Below, piece by piece: positions 20,713-31,640 of a DNA stretch of 64,000 nucleotides (its first letter is position 1; every line of letters begins with the position of its first letter). The stretch comes from a bacterium (GTDB taxonomy: Bacteria > UBA8248): contig OZ253442.1 in NCBI GenBank assembly GCA_965261085.1, forward strand, positions 2,432,001 to 2,496,000, given 5' to 3'. The position numbers and the translations under genes were made by a program. A model generated the notes under the pieces. That model had not been told where the DNA came from. It searched no databases and saw nothing but the letters and a program-made list of their open reading frames with translations.

Positions 20713-21768
20713 GTGACTAGCCAAGACTGGCATAAGATATCTCGGTTTGAATCTCACGACCTCGTGAAGGCGTGGTACCTCAGAACTCATGAAAGAGAAC
20801 CAAACACTGCCAAAATCTCACAAGTCAACGCCTTCTTTACACAAGGACGCGAGTATTTCAGGAATGCGAGCTTAGCAGACATGAGTGTCAAGCCACTCTT
20901 GCTTTACTACGGATCATTGTCTTTGTCTCGTGGTGTGATCCTGCTCAAGGACCCTTCGAAGAAGGAGGAATCACTCAAGCAAAGCCATGGTTTGGAGGTT
21001 GTGGACTGGCAAGAGACTTTGAGTGGCGGAATTAAGAATGTCCTCAAATTACAAGTTAGGGCGACCAATGGCACGTTTCGTGAACTGGTGAATGCTTGCC
21101 CAAACAAACATAAAGAACAATGCTTCAACAGCCCGAGAAAAACAAAAACCGTAGTGGATCATGACCTTGGTGACATCAAATTTTCTGCTGACGATAGCCT
21201 GCTGCATTTGGATGACTTACTCTCGAGGCTGATGCAAACCACGTTCGACTATCAAGGAATCACTGGCAGGAAGTCCAAGTGGTTTCCTGTTGTAGTTACA
21301 GCCCATTCAACAGAAACGCACTTTGCACTGCTGTCCCCTCATGTAATTCCTGATTTGCAACATCTGGTAGATGAGAAATCCGTGTTCTTAAAATCTACAC
21401 CTCAATCGAGGCCAAACTTACCAATCGACACTATTCACCAGTCTAGTCTGGTGTTCCGGCACGAGGTTGATAAAACCCACCAGAAGAAATTTCCTGTTTT
21501 CCACCATACCGATGGTCACCAATTGATGACTGGTATTTTGGATTTTCCCAATGGGGACAAATTGAGTGAGTTCTTCAAACTTTACCTGACTTCATATATA
21601 TTGGGAATGCTTGTCCGCTATTATCCATCCAGGTGGATGAAGTTATTGCGCAATAGTCCAGGCGATTTTGCCCGACTGCTATTGTTAAAGGCCATTGAGG
21701 CGATTGAATCTGACTTTCCTGGGGAACTCTCACGGCAAGTGCCTCAGCACCCTGAAAGGTTAGGCTGA
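20713..21768 (+). CDS. YaaC-family protein
   Basis: QGREYF...KPLLLYYG...SHGL and the C-terminal YILGMLVRYYPSRW are YaaC-like. Confidence 0.7.
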   Translation: MTSQDWHKISRFESHDLVKAWYLRTHEREPNTAKISQVNAFFTQGREYFRNASLADMSVKPLLLYYGSLSLSRGVILLKDPSKKEESLKQSHGLEVVDWQETLSGGIKNVLKLQVRATNGTFRELVNACPNKHKEQCFNSPRKTKTVVDHDLGDIKFSADDSLLHLDDLLSRLMQTTFDYQGITGRKSKWFPVVVTAHSTETHFALLSPHVIPDLQHLVDEKSVFLKSTPQSRPNLPIDTIHQSSLVFRHEVDKTHQKKFPVFHHTDGHQLMTGILDFPNGDKLSEFFKLYLTSYILGMLVRYYPSRWMKLLRNSPGDFARLLLLKAIEAIESDFPGELSRQVPQHPERLG

Positions 21769-22189
21769 TTACTCTCAAGAAAGTGGTAAGGTCGGTTGAT
21801 TGTCGTTGGCGGAGACATGTTGGACCAGTGGGGTGTCGTTGTTCAGGATAAATATCCAGCTAACTGGCCTGAAGTCGACACGCCTTTGTGGACACCTGAT
21901 CCTTTGAGAAGGAGGTATCCACCATGCTGACACCTTGGCCGTTCCCCGGGAAAGGTTGCACAACCGCTAAGAGTTGCCTGGCAGCTTTCTCGGCCTCGCA
22001 CCGACCACTTTGGGGCGTCCTTAGAACTACGGCCGTCTTCTCGAAGCAATTTACAACCAAGATTGATATCGCCAATCGACTCCGAGGAACGTGCGTGAAC
22101 GAACGCTCTTTTGGATGCTAATCGCTCTGCTGGACTGTTTCGTAAGCAAGCGTTTACGGCCTGATTTTAGAAGTGGGTTACACAATGGT

Positions 22190-22368
22190 CCGACATAGAC
22201 CCGCCGAGATGCGCAGGAGTTATAATTCGCCCGCTTGCGTTTTGATTACATTCTGCGGAAGGTGGATTCTGGACAAAACTGGGAGTAACGATTATTTCCC
22301 AATGATATCAACGGGATAACAGGATTTCAGGGCCAGTGGAAATAACCTAATGCCTCTAAGCGGGCGAT
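22190..22368 (+). repeat. ~179-bp dispersed conserved element, copy 4
   Basis: CCGACATAGA...GATGCGCAGGAGTTATAATTCGCCCGCTTGCGTTTTGATTAC...AAGCGGGCGA. Perfect 10-bp IR at 22227-22236 / 22358-22367. Confidence 0.9.
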
Positions 22369-22750
22369 GGGTATTTCGGCGAACCGGCTCCAAGTATGGC
22401 GGTAACGTGGATGCGTGAATTACTTGGGACATCGCGGCCCGGTTCCATATGATTGACCATAGAGCAAAAGTAACCATTAGAAGTTGGGACCCTGTTCTCA
22501 GGGTTGATTTTTCTCTCTGGGTTCTAGGTTGTAAATCAAGCGACTGGGTTATCGCTCGGCAGATACGAATTTCATCGAAGGGAAAGCGCTTTTCGCGGAC
22601 AAGACGCTCGGAGAGTAGCGAGTAGCTGCAGCGCGGCAGGCGTAGGCAGCCAGATCCTTGCGAACAGCTTCGACTTAGCCGTAATCATGCCTGGCCATCC
22701 TCGTGGAAGTGTGCCACATTGCTTTTCCTCTCGCGTCCCCTTGACCGTCA

Positions 22751-23587
22751 TTACTCCCCATTTCCCTCGCTCTTATTGCCGTCCTTCCACGGTTCGCCTG
22801 ACAATCGCCCCAACAGCCTGGAGCGAACGATTTCCGCAGCCTCTTCGCCATCCCAGGAAAATCCAGTGGCCAGAAGCGGGCCGATATCGGAATTAAATTG
22901 CGCATCGCGCAGCTTCGCTTCGATGTTCTGCTCAAACCGGGCACGCGTCACGTCGTGGCTGCCTCGCTCCATATACTTCGAAAACGCGGCAACAACCCGA
23001 TCCGGATCGAGCGCCGTTTCCTCGAGTGCGACCGCAAGATCGAAAAGGTCACGGCCTTTACGGCGCTGATAGAGAGCCCGCAGCTTGGTGGCCAGCAACT
23101 CTTCCAGCGTATACGTGGAGATCTCGCTGCTGCCCTCGAACCAGCGCGAAGAGACGGTGAACGGCAGCTGCGTGTATCCGTAGACCGCAAAGTGTTCCCT
23201 CGAATTGATCTCTACTTTCAGCCGGAGCGGAAGGGGCGGGACATCCTCGGACTCGAAGCGGTAATTGAATGTCACACGTCCTTCGGTCTGTTTATATTGT
23301 GGTTTCCCAAGCCAGGGATCGAGCACTTCCCGAACCGCGTCCATCATCGGCCCGGCCGGCTCGGCTCTGACCTGTACAAGGTCGATGTCTTCGGAATAAC
23401 GGGCCGGGGGATGAATGTGTAGTTTGTAGAGCGCCGTACCGCCCCGGAAGGCCAGCGCTTCTTTAAGGAGCGGGTGATTGAAAATCGCAATCAACGCCCG
23501 GCTGATGACGAGGTCTTGTTCGACCTGGAAATCCTGCACCCAGGGCACCCGCGCCCGCCACTCGGTGATAAAGTCGCGCGGGATCAC
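22751..23587 (-). CDS. abiEii: AbiEii/AbiGii nucleotidyltransferase toxin (type IV TA)
   Basis: QVEQDL...FRGGTALYK...RYSEDIDL...KLRALYQR..GRDLFDL. Confidence 0.9.
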   Translation of the reverse strand: MIPRDFITEWRARVPWVQDFQVEQDLVISRALIAIFNHPLLKEALAFRGGTALYKLHIHPPARYSEDIDLVQVRAEPAGPMMDAVREVLDPWLGKPQYKQTEGRVTFNYRFESEDVPPLPLRLKVEINSREHFAVYGYTQLPFTVSSRWFEGSSEISTYTLEELLATKLRALYQRRKGRDLFDLAVALEETALDPDRVVAAFSKYMERGSHDVTRARFEQNIEAKLRDAQFNSDIGPLLATGFSWDGEEAAEIVRSRLLGRLSGEPWKDGNKSEGNGE

Positions 23588-24393
23588 AGGTCCGGCTCCA
23601 CGACGGCGTTGATCAGGAGCTTCCAGTCCGCGTCGCGGGGCGCTTCTTCGCGGGACGCACTAGGGATAAGCGGAACCGTTCGCCGGGCTTCACTCTCGAC
23701 ATAGGCTTTCAGAGGGACGATCTGTTCACGGGCATTGACAAGCGCGAGCAGGTATCCAAGCCTCTGTGCCCACGTAATCGGCGCGTTTTGCGCGGCCATC
23801 ACCAGTTTTTGCGGATCGATTTGCTCTGCGAGCTCGGAGAGGATGGTCGCCACCTGGTCAAGCCCACCTACGTGGTTGTAATAGCCGACGAGATCAACGG
23901 CCGTTGCTTCCGGCGTCGAGACCCTGACCGTGCCGCGAGGCGTGTTGAAGGTTTGTACGGATACATTCTGAAGGCGCTTGCGGACGATGAATACCACGCG
24001 CACCCGGCCACAATGGATCGGCCGACGGGCCTTGTCGAGCAGAACCTGAAATTCTTGGGGCCGGTGATGGGCTGCGCCATGATATTGTGCGGCTGACAAT
24101 AGCCCAGCATAATAGGGTTGCTTTAGCCGCTGCATTAACGCTGGTATGAACTGGTTCGCTGGTAGACATCCAAGAGTGCGGTATTCGGGCGGGACTATCA
24201 CATAAAAGCCACGCCCGGGCTGTGCAACGAGGTTTTGCCGAGCTAGCCGTTTCAGAGCAACCTTTGCAGCGTTGGCGGACACACCAAGCGCCTCAACAGC
24301 GTCACTTGATGTGAAGTGATATCTCCCAGCAGAAGCAAGGTTGCCAATGTAGTTATTTGCACTTAGTCGACGATAATCAATTTTCATGCGCAC
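23584..24393 (-). CDS. abiEi: AbiEi antitoxin (type IV TA)
   Basis: GFYVIVPPEY, YYAGLLSAAQYHGAAHHRPQ and STPEATAVDL. It overlaps abiEii by 4 bp. Confidence 0.9.
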   Translation of the reverse strand: MRMKIDYRRLSANNYIGNLASAGRYHFTSSDAVEALGVSANAAKVALKRLARQNLVAQPGRGFYVIVPPEYRTLGCLPANQFIPALMQRLKQPYYAGLLSAAQYHGAAHHRPQEFQVLLDKARRPIHCGRVRVVFIVRKRLQNVSVQTFNTPRGTVRVSTPEATAVDLVGYYNHVGGLDQVATILSELAEQIDPQKLVMAAQNAPITWAQRLGYLLALVNAREQIVPLKAYVESEARRTVPLIPSASREEAPRDADWKLLINAVVEPDL

Positions 24394-24677
24394 AAAGTAA
24401 CACTATATGATCCTTTATGCAATCGATTTATATTATTGTGATAGCAGTACAAGGCTGACGCTGACGACGAGAAAGATGAGACTTTATCCAGGTAGCGAGC
24501 AGCAGATTGAGCTTCCCGATATTAAGCTTTGATCTTGTTCCCTTTTTTTAGGTTAAGGATTTGCTCGGATCGGAGCTACTAGTATTTATTCTGTAATGTA
24601 CATTGAACTCTCTGGACTTGACTTCTGCTCAACCCTAACCAACTTTCAGCTATAGTTTCTGGGTAAAACGAGATGCA

Positions 24678-25847
24678 TCAATATTTCTCGTGTTCAGGTT
24701 CTTCGTGAAAAAATGGTGCAACATATCCAAAATCCACTTCAATGTTTTCCTTTACCACCTCCACCTCAACGACTTGCGGTTCAGTGTCAAAGTCACGCAA
24801 AATGGTGATTACAAGCTGGGATATAATTTCCTTGTCAACTGTATAAGTATCAGAGCCAACCTCAAAATAATCTCTGTCAATGCTATCTCTCACGTAAAAG
24901 CTGCAATCCGCTTCAAAGGCGACTAAAGATTCGACATCTATGGTGAATGTGACGGTGTTCTTGTCTGCAGCAATAACAATAGGAACACTGGCAGTGCCGC
25001 TATCCACACTTAGCAAATCAGCACCAATGGGCATAAACTCAAATATCCGGTCGGACGAGCCATCCGGATAAAAACCAGTGTTGTGAAGCCATCGCTGAAA
25101 AGCTCGTTCTACTTGTTCAGCCAGTTTGGGAGCTTTTTCATCCTGCCACATGGCGACAGTCCGGTTGGCTACATTTCTACCTGACTCGTTAAAGTACGAA
25201 AGAGCCAACTCTAGCTTAGGTACGCAAACAAGAAAATCCGACTGCTCCGCAAAGCTCTGCCAGCCTTTGTCGGGGCTAACGCAAAGGAGCAATCGGTTTT
25301 CCTGCCTAGCAATATCCTCAAGAGAAAGCAGCGCGAACGCATCCGGAAACTCGTATTTCTTGTTCTCGCTAAACCCAAAAGGCGGTTCCGTGGCATAATA
25401 TCTGCGCAACACTTCTACCGACACATCGTTTTCCCCACTTGCGGGCACGATTTCACCGTCGACATCATTGAGATAGTTTTGCACCTGTTCTTCTGCAGCT
25501 TCTTCTGGATTGCGGGAGATGGCCAATTCATCTGGTAGTGCCGCAAGGTCAAAATTTAATTTCCAACGCTTTACCTGTTCTTTAATTGCATACTTGAGTT
25601 GGTTTTGTGTTCTTTTGGCTTTGTCTGCGATATGAGCTTTGATTTCATTCGTGACAATTTCTGAAAAGATTACCCTGATCGGTCCACCTGAGAACTGATC
25701 AAGTTTATAGAGAACCGGAGAATCGAGGAGATTATCCTCGGGTTTTCCAAAAACGGCAGTATCAAGAGAAATCGCAAAAATAGAGCCATCTGCGATGTTA
25801 TCCTTTACTTCATCGTCAGTCATTTTTGGCATTCGAATTCCAACCAC
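24678..25847 (-). CDS. PIN-like domain protein (DUF4935/PIN_12-like)
   Basis: ISLDTAVF, PPFG..KKYEFPDAFALLSL and VSPDKGW. Confidence 0.7.
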   Translation of the reverse strand: MVGIRMPKMTDDEVKDNIADGSIFAISLDTAVFGKPEDNLLDSPVLYKLDQFSGGPIRVIFSEIVTNEIKAHIADKAKRTQNQLKYAIKEQVKRWKLNFDLAALPDELAISRNPEEAAEEQVQNYLNDVDGEIVPASGENDVSVEVLRRYYATEPPFGFSENKKYEFPDAFALLSLEDIARQENRLLLCVSPDKGWQSFAEQSDFLVCVPKLELALSYFNESGRNVANRTVAMWQDEKAPKLAEQVERAFQRWLHNTGFYPDGSSDRIFEFMPIGADLLSVDSGTASVPIVIAADKNTVTFTIDVESLVAFEADCSFYVRDSIDRDYFEVGSDTYTVDKEIISQLVITILRDFDTEPQVVEVEVVKENIEVDFGYVAPFFHEEPEHEKY

Positions 25848-25934
25848 TTGCGGTAAGCATTTCGGAAATTTACTTTCCCTGAGATGCGGAACTGCTCAAT
25901 CAACATTAAGCGGAGAACGGTATTTTTCTGAAAC

Positions 25935-27269
25935 TCATGAAAGTTGTTCTGGGTTCAAATCTGCCTCTGCGCTAACCCGCTGGGTCTCGATCGTCCTTTC
26001 GTGCATTAAATCAAAGACACAATTTTGCTGGACGTGCCATTGCCCCTTCTCACTCGGCATAGCCACATCACCGACTTCGTTATGTCTAAACGCAGTTATC
26101 CGGAATTTTCCCGCAACTTCGGTCTTGAGGGTTTTGCCTTTCATAAAGACAATCGCATCTGCTCTCGCCACAGTGCTTTGCCGAACAGAGTGTATTTCAA
26201 ACTCCGTTAGATCAATAAATTCTGCGTCCCTGCGCATCTGTCCAGCTAAATTGTTGAGCGGGGTTTGGGTAATGTTCACTGCTCGTTTGGCCATATTGCC
26301 AAAGTTTCGTTCTTTCCAGCTGGTCAGAAAATCGACAAATGCGTAGTCGGCTGAATTTACATCCAAACTTTCATCGAAGGGCCCGTGGTTTTCCTTAGGT
26401 TCAAATGCTTGTATTTCACGCTTATCAGCTTCTAATTTGACTCTGCTAGTGATCATGTCCCTAAAACTGAAATTAGCCTTCTTTTCTTGTTTGAGAATGC
26501 GTTCTTCTTCACTCGATTTGTCGCAAGCCCAATCAACTAGTGCGATCATTAGAAGCCAAGCTTTCATGCAAACAGTGCGATTTGCGTAACCCAACGACCT
26601 GCCATGTAAAATACCGTGACGAAGAGGTAGTGTTAGGTCTTCGTCGGACGATTTACGAATGCCCTTCGTTACCAAACCAATCAGAAATGGCAATGAATTC
26701 GGGTGTCCAGTGATAGAGTCGAATGCTGTGAGGTCAGCGTCTTTTTCAAATGGACTAGTTCCTATTACGTCTGAGGCAAAACCATCACATGCAATGAGGA
26801 TCAATGGTACGGCGGATAGATACCTCTCTTCAATTGTAAGCTCAAGCGCTTCTCGTAGTTGATCCCATCTAAGCTTGGCCTTATTGAATCTTTTCGCTCG
26901 CACAATCGCGAACTGGTTGATTGTGTCCTCTTTGAGCCAAGAAATTATTTCATTTTCTGCTTCCTGTTCCTTGCCAGCATCGTGGAATTCAAGAGCTTTC
27001 CGCATGGTATCGACAGACATAGAGCCAGTAGCTATCCACCCACTTTCCGAAAAAGCATCGTTAAACCGATCAGGTAAATCCAGGATGCTCGATTGTCCAA
27101 TTAGATCTGAAGCGGTTTGGTGAATTTTATCGATCTTTTCGTTCTCAATTCCCAATTTTTGGGCTAGTCCAGAAATTGACTTTGCCAGCTTGACCACTGG
27201 CATCACATCAGAAATTTCCTTTGCAGAAGGATTGTTAGCGATGCGCGGGTTTTTCGTCTCGTTGTTCAT
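25935..27269 (-). CDS. Hypothetical protein with HEPN-like RxxxxH motif
   Basis: 444-aa ORF. YLSAVPLILIACDG followed by LRHGILHG (R-x4-H). Confidence 0.55.
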   Translation of the reverse strand: MNNETKNPRIANNPSAKEISDVMPVVKLAKSISGLAQKLGIENEKIDKIHQTASDLIGQSSILDLPDRFNDAFSESGWIATGSMSVDTMRKALEFHDAGKEQEAENEIISWLKEDTINQFAIVRAKRFNKAKLRWDQLREALELTIEERYLSAVPLILIACDGFASDVIGTSPFEKDADLTAFDSITGHPNSLPFLIGLVTKGIRKSSDEDLTLPLRHGILHGRSLGYANRTVCMKAWLLMIALVDWACDKSSEEERILKQEKKANFSFRDMITSRVKLEADKREIQAFEPKENHGPFDESLDVNSADYAFVDFLTSWKERNFGNMAKRAVNITQTPLNNLAGQMRRDAEFIDLTEFEIHSVRQSTVARADAIVFMKGKTLKTEVAGKFRITAFRHNEVGDVAMPSEKGQWHVQQNCVFDLMHERTIETQRVSAEADLNPEQLS

Positions 27270-27717
27270 TCCTGTTCCCTAAACATTTATATGTAAATAC
27301 AAGCTAAGCCCGGTATTAGGTGATGGGTGATCCATCGTCGTGATTTGGGTGTCAGCTTCCTGCACGCCGTTTCGGAATCTCGCATCTTTGATGTTCTTAT
27401 GCAACTAATTTCCGGGCGAAAGAAAAAGGTCTTAATACTGTCAACCGCAACTTTGATATCGAGACTCGCATGGTGATCTTCGAATTCATCAAAGGTTGTT
27501 CAGTCCGAAACACCGACGCTCTTTCTAGTGTAAGCCCTATGACTTCGAACAGAATACGGAGGAGGCTATGCCTTTGGTCGAACGTCTTATTCAGAAGCGC
27601 ATTGTCGATATGTTCGGCTACGCTACAGACACAAATCGGGCACCGCCATAGGTAGCCGAAACATGACCGCAATCAAGCTGCTACGAACCGGACTTTGGAG
27701 GTCAGTTGCAAGACTGT

Positions 27718-27895
27718 CCGACAGGAACGCTCCTGACTGCGCGGGAGTTGTAATTCGCCCGCTTCCGTTTTGATTACTTTCTGCGTAAAAAAATTCCAGC
27801 AAGAGATTCGAAAAACAAATACCTACAATAGTTTCAACAAACTACAAGGATGTCACTGCCGTTGGAAATCCCCTTCCGCCTGAAAGCGGGCGGAA
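27718..27895 (+). repeat. ~179-bp dispersed conserved element, copy 5
   Basis: CCGACAGGAA...TGCGCGGGAGTTGTAATTCGCCCGCTTCCGTTTTGATTAC...AATAGTTTCAACAAACTAC...AAAGCGGGCGGA. Confidence 0.9.
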
Positions 27896-28126
27896 ACGAT
27901 CAAAAAATTCTATCGAACTGCCAAAAGATGAATTCGTTGTGGTGCCGGTGGTTATATCTCAAAACTCGTTGGAAGACACGATTTCCAAAAGGAATCCAAC
28001 GCAAGCATCAAATGGCTCCAATCTTTCTTGCATCCATAAAACAAGAATTCGTATAGTTCCAGTTCATCGGGCATAGTCGTCGCCGTCCAGATAATTCGCT
28101 CGAAATTGCAAATTCGGAGTTGGCCA

Positions 28127-29629
28127 ATGACAACCCCTGTTACCGCCACAATGCTCTATGACCTTATAGCTTGTCCACATCGCGTAACGATGGACCTGTT
28201 TGGCGATCCCGACGAACGGAACAGCCCGAATCCCTTTGTCGAATTGCTCTGGAAACATGGCATCCTTCATGAGGAAAAAATCATGAAGGAACTCGATTTT
28301 CCTTTCATCGATCTTTCTTCTTTCCCAGACGATGAAAAAGAAAGACGGACGATCGAGGCAATGCGACAAGGGGAACCTCTGATCTATAGTGGCCGCATCC
28401 AGGTCAACGGGCTCCTGGGCAATCCGGACCTTCTTCGCAAGGAGAATGGCGGTTACATCGCCGGTGACATCAAATCAGGCGCCGCAGAAGAAGGGCCGGA
28501 GGATCTGTCAAAGCCGAAGAAACACTATGCCGTGCAGCTGGCTTTGTACACCGATATCCTAGAGCGCAGAGGGCTGTCCGCAGGGCGTCGCGGCTTCATC
28601 TGGGACGTCACAGGCAACGAGGCGATCTACGACTTCGCCGAGCTGTACGGAAGTCGAGACCCACGCACTCTCTGGCAGGATTATCAGGAATGTCTCGCCA
28701 AGGCGCAGGCTATTGTTGCAAGGAGGGCAGAAACGCTTGCGGCTTTCAGCGGGGTCTGTAAACTCTGCCATTGGCATGATGCCTGCCTCGATGGCTTGAC
28801 GGTAGCGAACGACCTTACTCTCATCCCAGAACTAGGCCGCACCAAGCGGGACGCCATGCTCGACCATCTGGCGACCATCAGGGATTTTGCTGCGGCAGAT
28901 CCGGCGCACTATATTAAAGGCTCCAAGACAGTTTTTCCGGGAATTGGTCTAGCAACGCTTGGTAAGTTATATGCCCGCGCCAAGCTGATCACCGCAGGCG
29001 AAGACGCCACACCTTATCTCCGAAAACCGATCCTGCTGCCCACTGCGAACCTGGAGTTGTTCTTTGATATCGAGGTCGATCCCCTCCGCGACATCTGTTA
29101 CCTCCACGGCTTCGTCGAGCGGTGCAGCGGTGAGAATCAAACGGAACGTTTCGTCGCCTTTTTCGCGGAGGAACTGACAGAAGAAGCCGAACGGAAGGCG
29201 TTTGCCGACGCATGGCGATACATGCAGAACGATTCTTCTTGCATCATCTATTATTATTCGAAATACGAGCGGACCATCTATCGGAAGCTTCAAGAGAAGT
29301 ATCCGGACGTTTGCAGCGTGCAAGAACTTGAAGCGCTGTTCCACCCGACACGCGCTGTGGATTTGTATTTCGATGTGGTGCTTAAAGCAACGGAATGGCC
29401 AACAAGGGATTTCTCAATCAAAACTCTTGCTGGTTTTCTCGGTTTCAAGTGGCGGGATACTCATCCTTCGGGAGCGGCTTCGATTGAATGGTTTCACAAG
29501 TGGATAGAAACTCGAGACCCCGAGGTGCGGCAGCGCATCCTTGATTACAATGAGGATGACTGCCGAGCGATGCGGGTTCTTCGCGATGCGCTCCCCAGCC
29601 TTCCAATCATGCCGGGGAACTCCCCGTGA
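28127..29629 (+). CDS. TM0106-family RecB-like nuclease with C-terminal RNase H-like domain
   Basis: CPHR, GNPDLL, GDIKSG, QLALY and CKLCHW (RecB/Cas4-like). FFDIE, FSIKTLA and YNEDDC (RNase H-like). The ORF track starts at 28106, and the ATG is at 28127. Confidence 0.85.
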   Translation: MTTPVTATMLYDLIACPHRVTMDLFGDPDERNSPNPFVELLWKHGILHEEKIMKELDFPFIDLSSFPDDEKERRTIEAMRQGEPLIYSGRIQVNGLLGNPDLLRKENGGYIAGDIKSGAAEEGPEDLSKPKKHYAVQLALYTDILERRGLSAGRRGFIWDVTGNEAIYDFAELYGSRDPRTLWQDYQECLAKAQAIVARRAETLAAFSGVCKLCHWHDACLDGLTVANDLTLIPELGRTKRDAMLDHLATIRDFAAADPAHYIKGSKTVFPGIGLATLGKLYARAKLITAGEDATPYLRKPILLPTANLELFFDIEVDPLRDICYLHGFVERCSGENQTERFVAFFAEELTEEAERKAFADAWRYMQNDSSCIIYYYSKYERTIYRKLQEKYPDVCSVQELEALFHPTRAVDLYFDVVLKATEWPTRDFSIKTLAGFLGFKWRDTHPSGAASIEWFHKWIETRDPEVRQRILDYNEDDCRAMRVLRDALPSLPIMPGNSP

Positions 29630-29792
29630 ACAGTCTGGCTGAAATGCAGAACGCACATACGTTTATGGGGAACTGTGTAAGCACAATATAAGCACATGAC
29701 GTTAACTTGATCTATAAAAGTAAATTAGAGTCTTCTGGTGTTCCTAGCGATTGACTCGGAAAATCGACTCATAGAAGACAGGAGGTGGAAAC

Positions 29793-30327
29793 ATGAATTT
29801 TAAAAATTTACGGGCCTTTCGACGTTCCTATGGAGGAAGGACAATCAAAAAAGACGATTGATAAGAAAGACATCTTTTATTTCTGGAAAGATGTTGAGAG
29901 TGGCGAACATGGATTGTCAAAAGCGTGTGGTTGTTACGTTTTCGGATTAAAAACGGATAAAGGCGCAAAGCCATAGTATGTCGGAAAAGCAGAGAGGCAA
30001 ACTTTCGAAGAGGAATGTTTCACACCCTCAAAGCTAAACTATTACCATAGCTCTCTCCTTCATAGCACAGGGTCTCCGGTGATGTTTTTTGTTGCAAAGT
30101 GTTCTGAAAAGAAAGGGAAATTCTCTCGTCCAACAAAAGCCGAGTACGAGGATGTGCGGTTTGTGGAAAAGATGTTCATCGAGTTGGCTTTTCGCAAAAA
30201 CGGAAAACTTTGGAACAAACAACACACTAAAAATGTGAAAATGCTCTCAGTAGAAGGGTTCTATAACTGTGGAGATGGTCGCAGGAAATCCGTCAAGGAG
30301 ATGCGAAACCTGCGGGGCTTGACATAG
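29793..30327 (+). pseudogene. GIY-YIG-like nuclease pseudogene
   Basis: A GGAGGT SD and ATG at 29793 begin a frameshifted reading ...SKACGCYVFGLKTDKGAKP*YVGKAERQTF..., with TAG at 29974-29976 where Trp would be expected. It continues into ORF 30079-30327. Confidence 0.55.
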
Positions 30328-30664
30328 AACCCTAATTCTTATGCAAGTGCCTATCCTGCACCAATGATTAGGCACATTCTCTTAATAACTTTCGGTCGAC
30401 ATATTTTGTATTCACTGCCGAGCTCAGAAGTTTTTTTTAACTCGGGCCTAGTTTCCATTTAGGGCTGTTCAAAACACCGTGAAGATTTATAATCTAGCGG
30501 AAGGATGTTTGCGGCGCTGTCGTGCCGGTGCTTGGTAGAGTGCTAGCCGAATGATTCAGAAATTGCTGAATCGATGTCGGGAAATTGCCCCTTCCACTGG
30601 AACAAGAAATTGTAAAGGGCAAAGGTCAGAAATACGGACTATCTCCTAAAGACAAACCTGCTTA

Positions 30665-31270
30665 TCAGTTACGAGTCATATCGATTCCTAGCGAACGAAT
30701 TCTAATAGTATCGGAAAATTTTTCTCTAGGTAAATTTGATATGAAAATAGTTTTCCCACCAAAAATAAATTCTGATGGAAATTTGACTCCAATTCTACCA
30801 TCAGAAGATTCGCGTAATTCTTGATCGACTTTATCGTTATAAGCTTCCTTGTCTTCTCGACTCATCTCGAAAACGTCCCGAGTTCTCTGTGAAAGCCAGC
30901 CAACAGTACGTTCATCATAAGCATCCAACGCTGGTTTAAGCATATCGACAACTCTTTGATGGTTCCAAATAGATTCCACATGATCAAAAACTACAACATG
31001 TCCTTTTCGGTGCTTGAACAGAATTTGATAAAGCATGAAAGGCGTAACTTTGCCCTCTATCACAAACCAGTCTGTATTTTGAACACGGCCCACTTCAGTC
31101 AAGGTTTCAGAAACTGTTTCCATTGCCTCGGCGCTGGCACCGCCAAGAACAATCAGTGATTTTATTTTTGTTTTTGCTATGACTTGTACTAACCGTTTCA
31201 AATAATGAATCAAGGTACTTCGATCTTTTGAGTTTGGAGTGACTTGATTCGGGTTTTTCTCCATTCTCAT
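30665..31270 (-). CDS. Phage-type P-loop/AAA-like protein with degenerate Walker A (possibly truncated)
   Basis: SLIVLGG..., VVVFDHVE (Walker B-like), MLKPALD and FGGKTIFISNLP. Confidence 0.45.
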   Translation of the reverse strand: MRMEKNPNQVTPNSKDRSTLIHYLKRLVQVIAKTKIKSLIVLGGASAEAMETVSETLTEVGRVQNTDWFVIEGKVTPFMLYQILFKHRKGHVVVFDHVESIWNHQRVVDMLKPALDAYDERTVGWLSQRTRDVFEMSREDKEAYNDKVDQELRESSDGRIGVKFPSEFIFGGKTIFISNLPREKFSDTIRIRSLGIDMTRN

Positions 31271-31640
31271 CTCAAGAGCGGGATCATATTCAATAATGAA
31301 TCCCCGCGTCTTCCTCCCTCCTAGATGCGGTCTTGTGTTTTGCAGGCGTTCTTATGCCTTGCAGACTATGCTGCAACTGGTTGATCCGTGGACTTCCGGG
31401 CGAAGGATTATCCTAGAATGGGCTGATTGAATTTGTCAATATCTAGCGCATAGTTGGTTTGACCCGAAATCCCCCTCACTGTCTAAATCACTTCTAAATA
31501 TCCCATATGGGAGACATTATGTCTGAATTATTCCATTATATCGTTATATATTAGCGATATTATAAGAGTTATTCCATTTAATATCCCAACTAAATAGGTG
31601 TATATTGTCTTCAAGGTTATAGAGGCTACCAACTTTCAGT

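Noticed and set aside
28127-29629. Cas4 call for the RecB-like nuclease
   Set aside because: The C-terminal RNase H-like domain and lack of cas neighbours fit the TM0106 family.
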